Source: Candidatus Hecatella orcuttiae
GTDB taxonomy: Archaea; Thermoproteota; Bathyarchaeia; Hecatellales; Hecatellaceae
Assembly (NCBI GenBank): GCA_002011035.2
Contig: MTLY02000003.1
Coordinates: 416,001-480,000 of the forward strand
Direction: 5' to 3'
DNA length: 64,000 nt
The position numbers were made by a program, and so were the translations under genes. The notes under the pieces were generated by a model. That model searched no databases and was not told the DNA's origin. It saw nothing but the letters and a program-made list of their open reading frames with translations. This document shows, one piece after another, positions 1-10,070 of this stretch (within the stretch, counting starts at the first letter, position 1; every line of letters starts with the position of its first letter).

Positions 1-2725
1 CATCCGGGCTTATCGCCTCAGGCTTCACGACGGTCATGTTCTTCACCTCGTTGCTTTTGAACAGGTCTAATATGTCGCCTATTCTTTCTTCCAAGGTTTT
101 CTCCTCCACCACAACGGGCTGCTCTGCTCCCGGCAGCTTGGCTAGGAAGGCTTTGAAGGCTTCTTCGCTGCTGTCTCCCAGCCCCACATAATATTCGGCT
201 GTGAAGTAGGCTCCCACGCAGGCCACTTTGCCCAATGCGGTGATCACCGCTTCGCCGGCTGCCGGGGCGGTGTAGATGGGGATGAAATAGACGTCATGGT
301 CGCCTACCCTGTAAAGGATGTTGTCTCCCACACGCGGGTCGCGCAGGAGGGTTCTTAGAACGCGGAAGTCAGGGTCTTTCTCCAGTGTTTCAATAGCCCC
401 TGAGGGGCCCAGTAGCTTTATCGGCGCATCCTCAGCCACCCGGTAGTAGTGCATCTCACCCAAGTAAGGCCAATCGTTTCGCACTAGGATGTAGCCGACT
501 AGGTTCTTCGTTATGGCGCCTCGACGTTCCAAGGAGAGGAGGCCGACAAATTCGGGTTCCTCGAAGTTCGGAGGCTGAGCTATGATGTAGTAGGTGTCCA
601 GCCCTTCAGGCACTGCGAGGAATTCTTTGGCTTCGATGAAGGTTCTGGGGTCCGTGACATGGTAAGTATTGTACATGTCCACCCGCCACTCGAAAAGTTC
701 CTTGGGATATCTTAACTGCTTTTCAAGCCACTCAGGCACCTCTGCGGTGACATGTTCTGAGTAAGTCCGCCGGAACAGGTCGCTGAAAAAGTCGTCTCCA
801 AGGACTATCAGCCTAATGCTCCCCGTGTATATGTCGATGAGGGCATAGCCCACCAGCCTCATGAAAGGGTTTCGAACACTCCAAGGGACTTTTCCTGTGT
901 CAAGGCTGACGATGAGGGGCATGAGGTAGTAAGTCCGCTCCCCGTCTGTCACCGGAAGCATGTCCACACGCTTCCCCATCCACTCGTATAAGACCACCCG
1001 TCTCGCTCCCCATTCATACACGAAATACGGGAAGAGCAGACTCATCCGGTCATAGACATCCCTATACCTGAGCACATGAATCGTTTTGTCACGGTAGGAT
1101 AGGAAAAATATGAAATCGAAAAACCAGCTTAAAGGCGGCGGAACACTCAACCCCCCTAACTTTCCGCCCACATAGGCAGAGGGCTTGTCGCGGTCGTAGA
1201 AATGACCCCCTAACTCGTCGCTTTTCGAGCGTTCGAGAGGATAGGCTGCCCAAACCTCCTTGAAAAGGCCGCCTTCGCCATAGTAGATCTTCCGCTGTTT
1301 GAAGAACTGCGAAGTGTCCACGATCACGCCTTCATGGCCGTCTAAAAGCAGGAAGCCGATGGGGGCGTGGGTGTAAACAAGATGCTCATTGTACCATCTG
1401 TCCTCTGGAAGCACTGTGGGAGGCAGGACGAGTTTCATGGAAGCGCTCCAATAGAGATTTCCGTGAAAGCGGATGATGTCTGAATCCTCATAGTCCAGGT
1501 AGGGTATCGGCCCGATTTCAGGCTTCAACTTTGCGAAGGCAGCGTCCCGGTCCCAAAGGCGTATTTTGCTCAGCAAGTTTCTGTGCTCTGAGACATAGGC
1601 GTCCATCTGGTCGCTGGCAACCGTTACGATGCTGACGTTATAAGGTATCTCCCTTACTCCCCGTTGAGGATGAGCCAGCTCCGCGAGTTCGCGGTTCACC
1701 GTAATCTGCTGGAGGGTGTAGGGGCCCCGCCACTCAACCTTTCGAGCGTCGGCGATGCTGTGGTTAACGGCCATGATGGAACTTACAACCAGCAGTATTA
1801 TGATGATGGCTAGAAAGCGGGTAAGAATAGGGCGCGGCGCTATCACTCTCAAGCCTCTGCCTTTAGCGCGGTCCATGTAGGCTAAAAGAGTGAACGCCAC
1901 ACCGGTTGCTCCAAGGCCTCCGACTGCATACTTGGTATTGTAGTCGATGTAGGCTGAGAAAAACACGTTGACCATGGACCAGAAAAGCGCTATGGCAATC
2001 AACGCTTCGATGGTTGAAACCCGCCAGCGAAACTGCAGCCGCTCCCCGCCCAACTCTCTCACGGAAGGCGTAGCAACCCTAATAATCTCTGTTACGCCTA
2101 CCAAGATGATCAGCCGGGCTCCCACTGCCCAAAGAACCGGCCTAACCACAAGGGTCAGAGCGGGTAGGAGAGGAATAACCGTCATCTGGGCGGCTGCGCT
2201 GTCCAAGCTGCCCGGGGAAACTACGAAGGGCAGCGTGAAAATTTCCCAGATTCGGCCTAGATTAGGATTCCAACCTTGTGTCATTCCAGCCACGGCCATG
2301 CCGAGAAACAGGTTTCTGAGCATCAGCATTCCGATTACAACTTTGGTAGCCTGCCAGGCAGCGAATTTAAACTTCGGCATCTGGAAAACTTTGAAGTCTA
2401 TGTAGTGGGCTGGTACAGCCTCCATGGCGCCGCGTTCCCGGATCGCCCTTAGGGCTAGCCGAACCGCCCACCAAGTGACGGATCTCCTATGTTTGAAGTC
2501 CACTCGGAAGAGGACGATGGGGGCGAGGATCAGTCCTCCTAGAAGGGAGAAGTAGATGGGGCGTATGTAGAGTTCTCCGAACTCCATGATGTTCAAAGCA
2601 AACCATACAACTTCATCTTGAACCGTCCATGCCACCAGCACGATCGCTAAGCCTGTGATTATTCGAATTAGACGCTGCTGGGCACGTTTGGAAATCCATC
2701 TGGACAGGCCGTATCTTTCGGACAT
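1..2725 (-). CDS. UPF0182 (COG1615) family membrane protein, 3' end runs off the window
   Basis: Not in the ORF track because it is truncated. Manual translation from ATG at 2725 (MSERYGLSRW...) gives an N-terminal multi-TM region and motifs RIWDRDAAF, HLVYTH, IYYGEGG, LRYPKELFEWRVDMYNTYHVTDP typical of UPF0182; in frame at both ends checked. Confidence 0.8.
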   Translation of the reverse strand, partial: MSERYGLSRWISKRAQQRLIRIITGLAIVLVAWTVQDEVVWFALNIMEFGELYIRPIYFSLLGGLILAPIVLFRVDFKHRRSVTWWAVRLALRAIRERGAMEAVPAHYIDFKVFQMPKFKFAAWQATKVVIGMLMLRNLFLGMAVAGMTQGWNPNLGRIWEIFTLPFVVSPGSLDSAAAQMTVIPLLPALTLVVRPVLWAVGARLIILVGVTEIIRVATPSVRELGGERLQFRWRVSTIEALIAIALFWSMVNVFFSAYIDYNTKYAVGGLGATGVAFTLLAYMDRAKGRGLRVIAPRPILTRFLAIIIILLVVSSIMAVNHSIADARKVEWRGPYTLQQITVNRELAELAHPQRGVREIPYNVSIVTVASDQMDAYVSEHRNLLSKIRLWDRDAAFAKLKPEIGPIPYLDYEDSDIIRFHGNLYWSASMKLVLPPTVLPEDRWYNEHLVYTHAPIGFLLLDGHEGVIVDTSQFFKQRKIYYGEGGLFKEVWAAYPLERSKSDELGGHFYDRDKPSAYVGGKLGGLSVPPPLSWFFDFIFFLSYRDKTIHVLRYRDVYDRMSLLFPYFVYEWGARRVVLYEWMGKRVDMLPVTDGERTYYLMPLIVSLDTGKVPWSVRNPFMRLVGYALIDIYTGSIRLIVLGDDFFSDLFRRTYSEHVTAEVPEWLEKQLRYPKELFEWRVDMYNTYHVTDPRTFIEAKEFLAVPEGLDTYYIIAQPPNFEEPEFVGLLSLERRGAITKNLVGYILVRNDWPYLGEMHYYRVAEDAPIKLLGPSGAIETLEKDPDFRVLRTLLRDPRVGDNILYRVGDHDVYFIPIYTAPAAGEAVITALGKVACVGAYFTAEYYVGLGDSSEEAFKAFLAKLPGAEQPVVVEEKTLEERIGDILDLFKSNEVKNMTVVKPEAISPD

Positions 2726-2922
2726 TTTAAAACCTGTTCAGCTATTCCGCATAGATATACCTCCACGTTTATACTTAACCGTTTAGGGAGGCGAAAGTTT
2801 GAAGGGAATGAAAAGTTAAGCCGTAAGGAGGCTGCCCTCCATCCGTGGAGTCGCAGCCAGTCTCAAGCCTTCCCTAATTGTTTAAATTCTCTGACAGGGA
2901 ACCTATGGTGGAGGTTAGACCC

Positions 2923-3159
2923 ATGAGAGCCTACGTCCTGATCACCGCCAAGCCCGGGACCTCTGAGGAGGTTCTGAAGGCTGTTAAGGCCATGAGGAAA
3001 GTTAAAGGAGTGAAGGTGGCAGATTCCGTCTACGGCAGATTTGACGCCGTCATCGTCATCGAAGCCAAAGACCTGAAGGAACTTACCAAGGTTATCTACC
3101 AAGTCATCGAGAAGAATCCCAACGTAACCCACACTGAGACCCTCATAACCCTCTTCTAG
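2923..3159 (+). CDS. Stand-alone Lrp/AsnC ligand-binding (RAM) domain protein
   Basis: MRAYVLITAKPG...VYGRFDAVIVIEAKD...TETL pattern, no HTH; start placed at ATG 2923 after GGAGGT. Confidence 0.85.
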   Translation: MRAYVLITAKPGTSEEVLKAVKAMRKVKGVKVADSVYGRFDAVIVIEAKDLKELTKVIYQVIEKNPNVTHTETLITLF

Positions 3160-3377
3160 CCTTCACCGCCCACCGGCAGAAAGGCTGTGAGTAGGGAGGG
3201 GGTCTCTCACCCTATTTTTCAGCCTGAGCCTCGGGAGTTCGGGGTTTTCTTTCCCTCGCCATATGTTCAGCAGTTGGCGGTTATGTTGTTAAAATACACT
3301 TAATTATCTTTTTAATAATAAGTAGACCGAAGCTTGCTGCCGGTTGATGGAGACAGTTAAGAAACGGGAGGATATGG

Positions 3378-4439
3378 ATGGGAAGCGTAAAGGATCTGGA
3401 AATTGTAAAGAAGCCGACGAGAGAGGAGATGGGTATAGGGCGTTTCCATTTCTCCGATCGGTACTCGGTCTTCGACTGGGGGGAGATGCCGGATTTAATC
3501 GAAATGAAGGGTGCAGCTCTCTGCGTGATGGGCGCCTACTGCTTTGAGAAGCTGAAGGAAGACGGGATAAGAACGCATTACAGGGGACTGGTAACAACCG
3601 AGGGAAAGCTCGTCGAAACCTGCGAGCTGGAAAAACCTGTCAATGTCATGGAAATCGACCTCGTAAACGTGCTTCGCCCTCGCTCCTACAAAGAGGAGGG
3701 GAAACTCAAATACGATTACAGCATGTTCACCCCAAGCTTAACCAATTTCCTTCTGCCCTTGGAAATAATATACCGAAACGGGCTGCCGGAAGGGTCGTCG
3801 GTTTTCAGGAGGTTGAAGCAGGGGCTTAAGCCGGAAGACCTTGGGTTAGATCACTATCCCCAGCCGGGGGAAAAACTGGAAAAACCCATCTTCGATGTGA
3901 GCACGAAGTTGGAGGAAAAAGACAGATACGTCACCTGGCCGGAGGCCGAGGAAATAGCTGGCTTAACCGACGAGGAGATGGAGGAGGTCAAAAACAAGCT
4001 GCTCCGCATAGACAGCCTAATCAGCGAGATCGCTGCAAAAGCTAACCTAAACAACGAGGATGGAAAAATCGAGTTCGCATTCGACAACCGCAGGAGACTA
4101 ATGGTTGTGGACGTGGTCGGCACCTTGGACGAGTGCAGATTCACCTACAAAGGTTTGCACGTGAGCAAGGAGATTGCAAGGCAGTTTTACAAAAAAACGA
4201 AATGGTACAGAGACGTAGAGGAAGCGAAAAAAGAAGCCGACGCCAAAGGGATTAAAAACTGGAAAAGCATATGCAAATCCAAGCCGCCGAAGTTGAACCC
4301 TAAATTGAAGAGGATCATACGCAACCTCTACATGGCAACGGCGAACGAATGCACGGGACTCGACTTGTTTGATGCGCCTCGTCTCGCGGACACGGTGAAG
4401 GAATACCGAGAATATCTGGGTGAGAATGATGGACCGTAA
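3378..4439 (+). CDS. purC: Phosphoribosylaminoimidazolesuccinocarboxamide (SAICAR) synthase, long form
   Basis: MGSVKDL, FSDRYSVFDWG, STKLE, DGKIEF, VDVVGTLDECRF, SKEIARQFY motifs. Confidence 0.93.
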   Translation: MGSVKDLEIVKKPTREEMGIGRFHFSDRYSVFDWGEMPDLIEMKGAALCVMGAYCFEKLKEDGIRTHYRGLVTTEGKLVETCELEKPVNVMEIDLVNVLRPRSYKEEGKLKYDYSMFTPSLTNFLLPLEIIYRNGLPEGSSVFRRLKQGLKPEDLGLDHYPQPGEKLEKPIFDVSTKLEEKDRYVTWPEAEEIAGLTDEEMEEVKNKLLRIDSLISEIAAKANLNNEDGKIEFAFDNRRRLMVVDVVGTLDECRFTYKGLHVSKEIARQFYKKTKWYRDVEEAKKEADAKGIKNWKSICKSKPPKLNPKLKRIIRNLYMATANECTGLDLFDAPRLADTVKEYREYLGENDGP

Positions 4440-5526
4440 ACTCATCCAAAAACTCGTAGCAGACTACAACCCCGAAGAGATCAGAGTAGGAGTGTTAGGT
4501 TCGCATTCTGCATTGGAGATCGGCTACGGAGCCAAACAGGAAGGGCTTGAGACGGTTGTCGTTTGTCAAGAAGGAAGAGACCGAACCTACACGAAATACT
4601 ACAAAAACCTGTTTGACCATATGTTGCTTTTAGACAAATTCTCCGACGTCGTCAACGGAGAAAACCAAGACAGGCTGAGGGAATTGAACACCATCTTCGT
4701 GCCGAACAGGTCTTTCTCGGTCTATGTAGGATATGATAACATAGAAGAACAGTTTTCCGTTCCGATTCTGGGGAACAGGTACATTCTGAGAAGCGAAGAA
4801 AGAAACGTTGCGAAAAATCAGTATTATCTGCTGGAAAAAGCAGGTATACGCACACCCAAAACATTCCGATCCCCCCAAGAGATAGATCGGCTGGTGATAG
4901 TGAAGGTTCCTGAAAAGAAAAGGAGAATGGAGAGAGCTTTCTTCTACGCTTCAACCCCCGAAGAATTTGAAAGAAAAGCTGAGGAGAGGATTGAAAAAGG
5001 AATAATCGACAGAGAAGACTTGGATGAGGCTGTGATAGAAGAGTACGTGATAGGGGCGAAGTTCAACGCCAACTATTTCTGGTCACCGATAACCGGCGAA
5101 ATCGACTTTCTCGGATTCGACAGAAGGATTCAAACCAACTTGGACGGAGTCCTAGACCTACCTGCCGAGGAACAGTTGGAGGCGAGAATACCGTCGCAAA
5201 ACATAGAGATAGGGCATATGGGAGCTACTATGAGGGAATCGCAGCTGGAGAAAATATTTGAAGCTGGGGAAAAATTCGTCGAAGTATGCAAAAAAGAATA
5301 CCCCCCCGGCATAATAGGGCTTTTCGCTCTGCAGGGAGCTATAACCAAAGACCTAGAATTCTGCGTCTTCGATGTGAGCCCCAGGATACCGGGATGCCCA
5401 TGCGTAGAGCCTACTTCCCCGTACATGAAGTACAAATACGGAAAAGAAATAGGCCCGGGGAGAAGAGTTGCAATGGAGATTAAGCAGGCGGTTAAAAAAA
5501 GTCGGCTTGAAGACATCGTTACCTAA
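4426..5526 (+). CDS. PurP-family ATP-grasp protein (formate-AICAR ligase family, paralogue)
   Basis: LGSHSALEI, FVPNRSFSVY, ERAFFYA, TMRES, FALQG, DVSPRIPG motifs of the second PurP clade; overlaps purC stop. Confidence 0.88.
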   Translation: MMDRKLIQKLVADYNPEEIRVGVLGSHSALEIGYGAKQEGLETVVVCQEGRDRTYTKYYKNLFDHMLLLDKFSDVVNGENQDRLRELNTIFVPNRSFSVYVGYDNIEEQFSVPILGNRYILRSEERNVAKNQYYLLEKAGIRTPKTFRSPQEIDRLVIVKVPEKKRRMERAFFYASTPEEFERKAEERIEKGIIDREDLDEAVIEEYVIGAKFNANYFWSPITGEIDFLGFDRRIQTNLDGVLDLPAEEQLEARIPSQNIEIGHMGATMRESQLEKIFEAGEKFVEVCKKEYPPGIIGLFALQGAITKDLEFCVFDVSPRIPGCPCVEPTSPYMKYKYGKEIGPGRRVAMEIKQAVKKSRLEDIVT

Positions 5527-5629
5527 GACATTTTTGCGGCTGGGGTTTAAATTTCACCAAAAGGCGTAAACAGCGGAAAAGAGAAGATATGGGTGAAAGC
5601 TTCCCGCTTTTAAACTGGGTGGTGGTGGA

Positions 5630-6715
5630 ATGATTTCTAAAGATGAGATAGACGAGGTTTTGAGAAGCTATGATAAAGGTAAAATCTCCATAGGCACTCT
5701 CGGCTCTCACTCTGCGCTTAACATTTTCAAGGGCGCTCAAGAGGAAGGTTTTCGAACAGTTTGCATCTGCCGAAAGGGCGATGAGATTGTTTATCAGAGA
5801 TTTCCTGTGGCAGATGATATCCTCGTGGTGGAGGGCTTTAGAGATCTGTTAAACGATGATGTCCAAGAAAAGTTAAGACGGCTGAACACCATTCTAGTTC
5901 CCCACGGCTCCTTCACCGCCTACATCAGCACCGGCGACCTGATGAACGAGTTACGTTTACCCCTGTTTGGAAACAGGCAGCTACTCCTATGGGAGGCTGA
6001 CAGGGAAAAGCAAAGGGAATGGCTTGGGAGAGCTGGGTTGAATCTGCCTAAAATATTCAAAGACCCCGAGGACATAGAGGGTTTAGTCATCGTAAAATTT
6101 CCCGGCGCCAAAGGTGGAAGAGGCTATTTCCTCGCAAGCTCCCCTCAATCTTTTCACCAGAAGGCGAGAGACATGGTTGAAAAAGGGCTTTTAAAGGAAG
6201 AGGACTTGGCCAGGATTCATCTGCAGGAGTATTTTGTCGGTGTAAACGTCTACCCTCTGTACTTTCGCTCCCTAGTGGTAGGGGAGGTTGAGCTGCTGGG
6301 CATAGACAGGCGGTATGAGTCTGCGATAGACGGTATTGGAAGAATACCTGCGAGGGAGCAGCTTGAAGTTGGACTGAATCCCACCTACACCGTGGTTGGC
6401 AACATCCCTTTGACTGTGAGGGAATCGCTACTTTCGGAAATCCTCAGGATGGGCGACAGCGTAGTAAAGGTGTCTGAGGAAATAGCCCCGCCGGGGATCA
6501 TAGGGCCGTTTTGCTTGGAGACGGTTGTCACTGATGCCTTACGCATAGTCACGTTCGAAATATCCGCCAGAATAGTCGCAGGAGCAAACGTAGGCATTGG
6601 CATCTCCCCCTATTCGTATCTGAAACATGGGGAAAAAATGTACATGGGAAAGAGGATCGCCCGAGAAATAAGAGCTGGAATCGAAGGCGATAATCTGGAA
6701 AAAATCGTTTCCTAA
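5630..6715 (+). CDS. purP: Formate-phosphoribosylaminoimidazolecarboxamide ligase PurP
   Basis: TLGSHSAL, VPHGSF, GAKGGRGYF, GIDRRYES, GPFCLET, FEISARIVAG. Confidence 0.9.
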   Translation: MISKDEIDEVLRSYDKGKISIGTLGSHSALNIFKGAQEEGFRTVCICRKGDEIVYQRFPVADDILVVEGFRDLLNDDVQEKLRRLNTILVPHGSFTAYISTGDLMNELRLPLFGNRQLLLWEADREKQREWLGRAGLNLPKIFKDPEDIEGLVIVKFPGAKGGRGYFLASSPQSFHQKARDMVEKGLLKEEDLARIHLQEYFVGVNVYPLYFRSLVVGEVELLGIDRRYESAIDGIGRIPAREQLEVGLNPTYTVVGNIPLTVRESLLSEILRMGDSVVKVSEEIAPPGIIGPFCLETVVTDALRIVTFEISARIVAGANVGIGISPYSYLKHGEKMYMGKRIAREIRAGIEGDNLEKIVS

Positions 6716-6844
6716 TGTCTTTCAACTCTTCACTGTCAGTTTAGCCGGACGGTTTTTCTTTTTGAAAAGGTGAGAAATTTTTTATAATGAATGGTCCCCG
6801 CGTTTTTATGAGATTGTGAAAACAAGGTCGTTGCAAGGCTGGGA

Positions 6845-7870
6845 ATGTGGATGGGAAAAGAGGTTAAGAAAGCTGAGCGGAAAAAGACGCTGCGCAGGCT
6901 CATGGTCACCAAGTATGTTGCCTTATCCCAAGATCTGACCGTGGAGGAAGGAATAGGAAAATGGCGTGAAACAGTGCATGAGGCAAGAATCGCCTACAAT
7001 ATTTATGTTGTCGACTCAGAGGGCAGGCTTGAAGGTTTGCTGACCATGAGGGAACTGCTGGCCGCCAGCCCCCAGACTAAGCTGAAGGATATCATGAGGA
7101 AAAATTTCGCCTACGCATACGTGGACAGCTCTGTGGAGCAGGTGGCCTCCGTCATCATCAAAAATGACCTCTGCGCGGTGCCTCTCCTAAGTCGTAATCA
7201 TAAGCTTTTGGGCATCGTGTCAGCCGACGACATTCTGGACGCTATGAGGGTGGAAAGCGACGAAGACATCTACCGGCTGGCCGGCATACTCGGATTGGAG
7301 TTTAGGTTTCCAGCAGCGGGTTTAGAAGATCTTTCAATGATGGTGAAGTCGAGAATCCCTTGGCTGATCATCTGCGTGATCATCGGTGTGCTCGTTTCCG
7401 GAAGTGTGATAAAAAAGTATGAAGACGCCATCGCAGCGTTGCCTTTGATCGCTGTTTTCATCCCGGTCTTGATGGATTCAGGGGGTAACATAGGCACGCA
7501 AAGCTCTACCATAATCGTCAGGGCGTTGGCTTTGGGGCAGATGAGAACTAGCCGCGTCGCCGCGCATTTTCTCCTAGCCGACTTAGGAGCAGGCGCGATC
7601 ATAGGGTTCATCCTCGCCGTGTTTGTGGCAGCGCTGGCCGCCTTGTTGGGGGTCTACGACCTCATGCTGCTTTTCACGTTGTCCGCGAGTATGTTTCTCA
7701 TCCCCATAACAGCCATAGGCATCGGCTTCGTCATACCCTATTTGAGCTACATCTTCAAAGTTGACCCTGCAGTGACCTCAGGGCCTCTGGTCACGCTGAT
7801 CGCAGACGTCACAGCGCTGCTCATATACTTCCTGATGGTGATAACCCTCTACCTTCCCCGCATCGGCTGA
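6845..7870 (+). CDS. mgtE: MgtE-family magnesium transporter (CBS pair plus MgtE TM domain)
   Basis: Two CBS domains, then RIPWL, GGNIGTQS, DPAVTSGPLVTLIAD. Confidence 0.9.
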   Translation: MWMGKEVKKAERKKTLRRLMVTKYVALSQDLTVEEGIGKWRETVHEARIAYNIYVVDSEGRLEGLLTMRELLAASPQTKLKDIMRKNFAYAYVDSSVEQVASVIIKNDLCAVPLLSRNHKLLGIVSADDILDAMRVESDEDIYRLAGILGLEFRFPAAGLEDLSMMVKSRIPWLIICVIIGVLVSGSVIKKYEDAIAALPLIAVFIPVLMDSGGNIGTQSSTIIVRALALGQMRTSRVAAHFLLADLGAGAIIGFILAVFVAALAALLGVYDLMLLFTLSASMFLIPITAIGIGFVIPYLSYIFKVDPAVTSGPLVTLIADVTALLIYFLMVITLYLPRIG

Positions 7871-7894
7871 AGGTCTTCGACGCACTTCATGAGG

Positions 7895-8137
7895 TCATTC
7901 CGGCGGATAGAACATGGTCAGCAGGGTTTCCGTGTGGACTACGTTGGGAGTTTTTTCCACCATCTCGTAGATTATCCTCGACAGCTCCTGCAAGTCTTTA
8001 GCTTCGATGACCACCACAGCGTCAAACCTGCCGAAGACGGAGTTCGCCATTTTCACACCTCGAATATGTCGGGCTTTGACGATTTCCTCCGAGGTGCCCG
8101 GTTTGGTGGTAACTAGGACGAAGGCTCTTATGGGCAT
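7895..8137 (-). CDS. Stand-alone Lrp/AsnC ligand-binding domain protein
   Basis: RAFVLVTTKPGTSEE...VFGRFDAVVVIEAKD...HTETL; close paralogue of 2923..3159. Confidence 0.85.
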   Translation of the reverse strand: MPIRAFVLVTTKPGTSEEIVKARHIRGVKMANSVFGRFDAVVVIEAKDLQELSRIIYEMVEKTPNVVHTETLLTMFYPPE

Positions 8138-8258
8138 ATGTTCTCCCTCAGGTTAAGTTTGGGGGCTTCCTCCCTAATACTCTTTCTAAAGAGCTCTCTC
8201 CCCCAAGATAATCTTCAAATTCAACTTTCACGCTTCAAGAGAAGAGGGTAGCCGGGTA

Positions 8259-9938
8259 GTGGCCTCCGCGAAGCGGCTTATGTGGATTTTGAGGGTTCAA
8301 GTGTTCGTCAGCGGAGCCATGGTGATGGCTCTGGAGCTGCTGGGAAGCCGATTTCTCATCCCCCATTTCGGTAGCACCCTCTACGTTTGGGGAAGCCTCA
8401 TAGGCGTCGTCCTCGCCGCCCTAAGCCTCGGCTACTACCACGGCGGCAGGATCGCTGACAGAAGGCCGAGCTTCCAGGCTTTCGCCTTTATCATCTTCTC
8501 CGCAGGGGTCTACATTCTCTTCATCAATACCCTTGCCCCTATGGTTTTCGAGTTCGCCCTTTCCCTGAGGATGGGTGAAAGATTCAGCCCTCTAGCGGCC
8601 ACGGTTCTTCTCCTCGCCTTACCCAGCTGGTTGCTGGGGATGGTTTCCCCCTACGCCATAAGGCTGGGGGCTAAAACTCTCAAGGAGATTGGAAGCTTAG
8701 CCGGGAACCTTTACTCTCTCTCCACCGCGGGCAGTATAGTTGGGACTTTTCTTACGGCTTTCGTCCTCATCCCGGAGCTGGGGGTTGCCAAGACTCTCTA
8801 CGGTGTGAGCATCGGGCTTATGGCAGTCTCAACGTTAAGTCTTACCAACCGAGGCAAGTCTCTCGCTGTGGTGGTGATCTCGTTGGCTTTGGCCATGGCT
8901 TTCACCGCTCCGGTGAAAGCCAGCGGAGTGGTCTTCGAGGGGGAGTCCGCCTACCATCACATCGTGGTTATGGACAACAACGTTACTGGAGTTAGAACTC
9001 TTCTCTTAGACAACAATTTTCACAGCGCCATGGACTTAAGGGAGCCCAGCCGTATAGTATACACTTACACCGGGTTTTTCCACTTGGGCTTTCTCTTCAA
9101 CCCCGAGGTTGAGAATGTGCTCTTCATCGGGGGAGGTGGATTTTCAGGGCCCAAGCGCTTCCTAGAAGACTATGACTGGGTGAAAGTGGATGTAGTGGAA
9201 ATAGACCCTCAAGTTGTCAGGGTTGCTGAAGAGTACTTCGGATTGAAACCGGACCCTAGGTTGAAGGTTTACATTCAAGACGGCCGAGTTTACTTGGCGA
9301 GCTCCGAGAAGAAATACGACTTGGTGGTCATGGATACCTACGATAAGAGCTTCATTCCCTTCCACCTCATGACTCTTGAATTCTGGAGGGAGATGGAACG
9401 CGACCTGAAGCCTCAAGGGGTTGTGGTTTTAAACTTCATTTCATCCCTAGAGGGAGATGCCTCCCGCATCTTGAAGGCTGAACTGGCCACCATGTCTGAG
9501 GTTTTCCCTGAAATCTACCTGTTTCCTCTATCCCCCGGGATGCCCAGCCTCGTTCAGAACATCATCATCGTAGCCGTGAAGGCGGAGAAGAATTTCAGCC
9601 AAGAAACCCTAGTGGAAAGAGCGGAAGAGCTTCATTTCGTCAGAGTCCCCATCCAAAGCTATGCTAACCACCTTTGGGAACCCAGCTTCAAACTGGAAGG
9701 GGGAAGGGTCCTCACCGACGACAAAGCTCCTGTGGAGAATCTTCTAAACCCCCTTACAGGAAAGCCCCTGGTAAGGGAGGAAGGAGAGGCCACCGTCTTG
9801 AGGGAAAACGCGGAGGTTCCCCTCTCCACTAAACCCGTTGGCACCCCCACGGTCCTCAGCTTCCTTGCAGTCGGCTTAGGGATTCTCCTGGCCTTGGAAA
9901 TTTTCCTATTCGGCAGACAGCGTTCTACTGCAACATAA
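8259..9938 (+). CDS. Membrane-domain-fused spermidine synthase-like methyltransferase
   Basis: N-terminal TM bundle (SGAMVMALELLGSR, LYSLSTAGSIVGTF), then SAM-fold motifs LFIGGGG, VVEIDP, DGR, D-T-Y, LTDDKAPVE; C-terminal TM. Confidence 0.85.
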   Translation: MASAKRLMWILRVQVFVSGAMVMALELLGSRFLIPHFGSTLYVWGSLIGVVLAALSLGYYHGGRIADRRPSFQAFAFIIFSAGVYILFINTLAPMVFEFALSLRMGERFSPLAATVLLLALPSWLLGMVSPYAIRLGAKTLKEIGSLAGNLYSLSTAGSIVGTFLTAFVLIPELGVAKTLYGVSIGLMAVSTLSLTNRGKSLAVVVISLALAMAFTAPVKASGVVFEGESAYHHIVVMDNNVTGVRTLLLDNNFHSAMDLREPSRIVYTYTGFFHLGFLFNPEVENVLFIGGGGFSGPKRFLEDYDWVKVDVVEIDPQVVRVAEEYFGLKPDPRLKVYIQDGRVYLASSEKKYDLVVMDTYDKSFIPFHLMTLEFWREMERDLKPQGVVVLNFISSLEGDASRILKAELATMSEVFPEIYLFPLSPGMPSLVQNIIIVAVKAEKNFSQETLVERAEELHFVRVPIQSYANHLWEPSFKLEGGRVLTDDKAPVENLLNPLTGKPLVREEGEATVLRENAEVPLSTKPVGTPTVLSFLAVGLGILLALEIFLFGRQRSTAT

Positions 9939-10070
9939 TTATTCGACGGCTTTTAATTCAGCTTCAACCGAAGGGCTCAGAAAACTCAGGCGAACAGCCT
10001 CCTTCGCATCAGCTATCCCTAACAGGAAAGAAAACCGTAATTAACCCGCTGGCTTCTCTAATAAACAGGG

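Noticed and set aside
1968-2405. 145-aa plus-strand ORF
   Set aside because: Antisense shadow of the UPF0182 gene; no recognisable features.
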